Below, in pieces: positions 40,817 through 41,345 of a stretch of DNA of 41,345 nucleotides (position 1 is its first letter; every line of letters starts with the position of its first letter). This DNA is from Nitrospirae bacterium CG2_30_53_67. Lineage in GTDB: Bacteria > CG2-30-53-67. Under the pieces are notes generated by a model. It did not search any database. It was not told the origin of the DNA and saw only the letters and a list, made by a program, of their open reading frames with translations. Location of the stretch: NCBI GenBank assembly GCA_001873285.1, contig MNYV01000083.1, positions 1-41,345 on the forward strand. Reading direction: 5' to 3'. The translations under genes and the position numbers were made by a program.

Positions 40817-41345
40817 GTTCGGCTCCTTCGCAACTGGTTTACAGAGGAAGATAGGGCATTCACGATATAGGGGAGATCCTCTTCCCGGGTTGAGCGGCCA
40901 AGGGATATTCTCAGCGTCCCCGCGGCGTGGCGAAGCGAAACACCCATGGCCGAAAGCACATGAGAGGGGCGGATGCTTGACGTGGTACAGGCGGCCGACG
41001 CCGAGACAAAGATCCCCTTTTGATTCAGCAAGGGAATCAGATCCGAACTTTTAACCCCATCGATCGAGAGGTTCAGTGTGCCGGGAAGCCTTGACGTCGC
41101 ATGTCCGTTGAGGTGAAGGCCGTCCAGGGAATGGAAAAGCGCATCCCACAGGGAGTCCCGGAGTTTTGCGAGATCAACCGCCTCTTTTTGAATTCCCGTC
41201 TTAGCGGTCTCAAGGGCCTTGGCCAGTCCGGCGATGCCAGGAAGGTTTTCGGTACCAGAACGGAGCCCTCGTTCCTGCCCTCCGCCTAAAAGCAGTGGGG
41301 AGAGGCTCGTGCCCGTACGAACATATAAAAACCCGACCCCTTTGG
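40813..41345 (-). CDS. Cysteine desulfurase (class I, IscS/NifS family), C-terminal part; 5' end outside the window
   Basis: The frame is open to the window edge: [51 protein letters not shown] overlap with hisA. Confidence 0.88.
   Translation of the reverse strand, partial: KGVGFLYVRTGTSLSPLLLGGGQERGLRSGTENLPGIAGLAKALETAKTGIQKEAVDLAKLRDSLWDALFHSLDGLHLNGHATSRLPGTLNLSIDGVKSSDLIPLLNQKGIFVSASAACTTSSIRPSHVLSAMGVSLRHAAGTLRISLGRSTREEDLPYIVNALSSSVNQLRRSRT

Overview
Chromosomal origin region of a diderm bacterium, about 50% GC in genes and AT-rich at oriC. The gene style suggests Nitrospirota or Desulfobacterota, but that is inference only. The left arm (- strand) runs dnaA-dnaN-recF-gyrB-gyrA-TPR lipoprotein-serS, then an RNA operon (four tRNA-Ser isoacceptors, tRNA-Arg(ACG), tadA, SRP RNA), then dnaX-ybaB/ebfC-recR and a porCDAB-type 2-oxoacid:ferredoxin oxidoreductase operon. 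oriC (DnaA boxes plus a DnaA-trio-like unwinding element) lies between dnaA and rpmH. The right arm (+ strand) runs rpmH-rnpA-yidD-yidC-jag-mnmE-mnmG-rsmG-parA-parB-bactofilin with two parS sites, then a DUF374 acyltransferase/six-hairpin glycosidase/GT4 cluster, a PEP-CTERM lamin-tail protein and a c-di-GMP module (PilZ, HEAT, HD-GYP, REC-GAF). The window ends with hisF, hisA and a partial cysteine desulfurase on the - strand. The most unusual signals are non-coding or unannotated. (1) A ~73-77 bp three-hairpin spacer with covarying stems occurs five times, each copy sitting between a CCA end and the 5' end of the next stable RNA. (2) A split tRNA-3'-end element ending in CCA follows tRNA-Ser(CGA). 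(3) A collapsed four-helix-bundle gene cassette is bracketed by inverted octamer arrays. (4) A ~162 bp TAA-targeting MITE occurs in three copies. (5) There is an unannotated 30-aa Cys-rich lipoprotein ORF. (6) The SRP RNA is long and has a UGAC loop.
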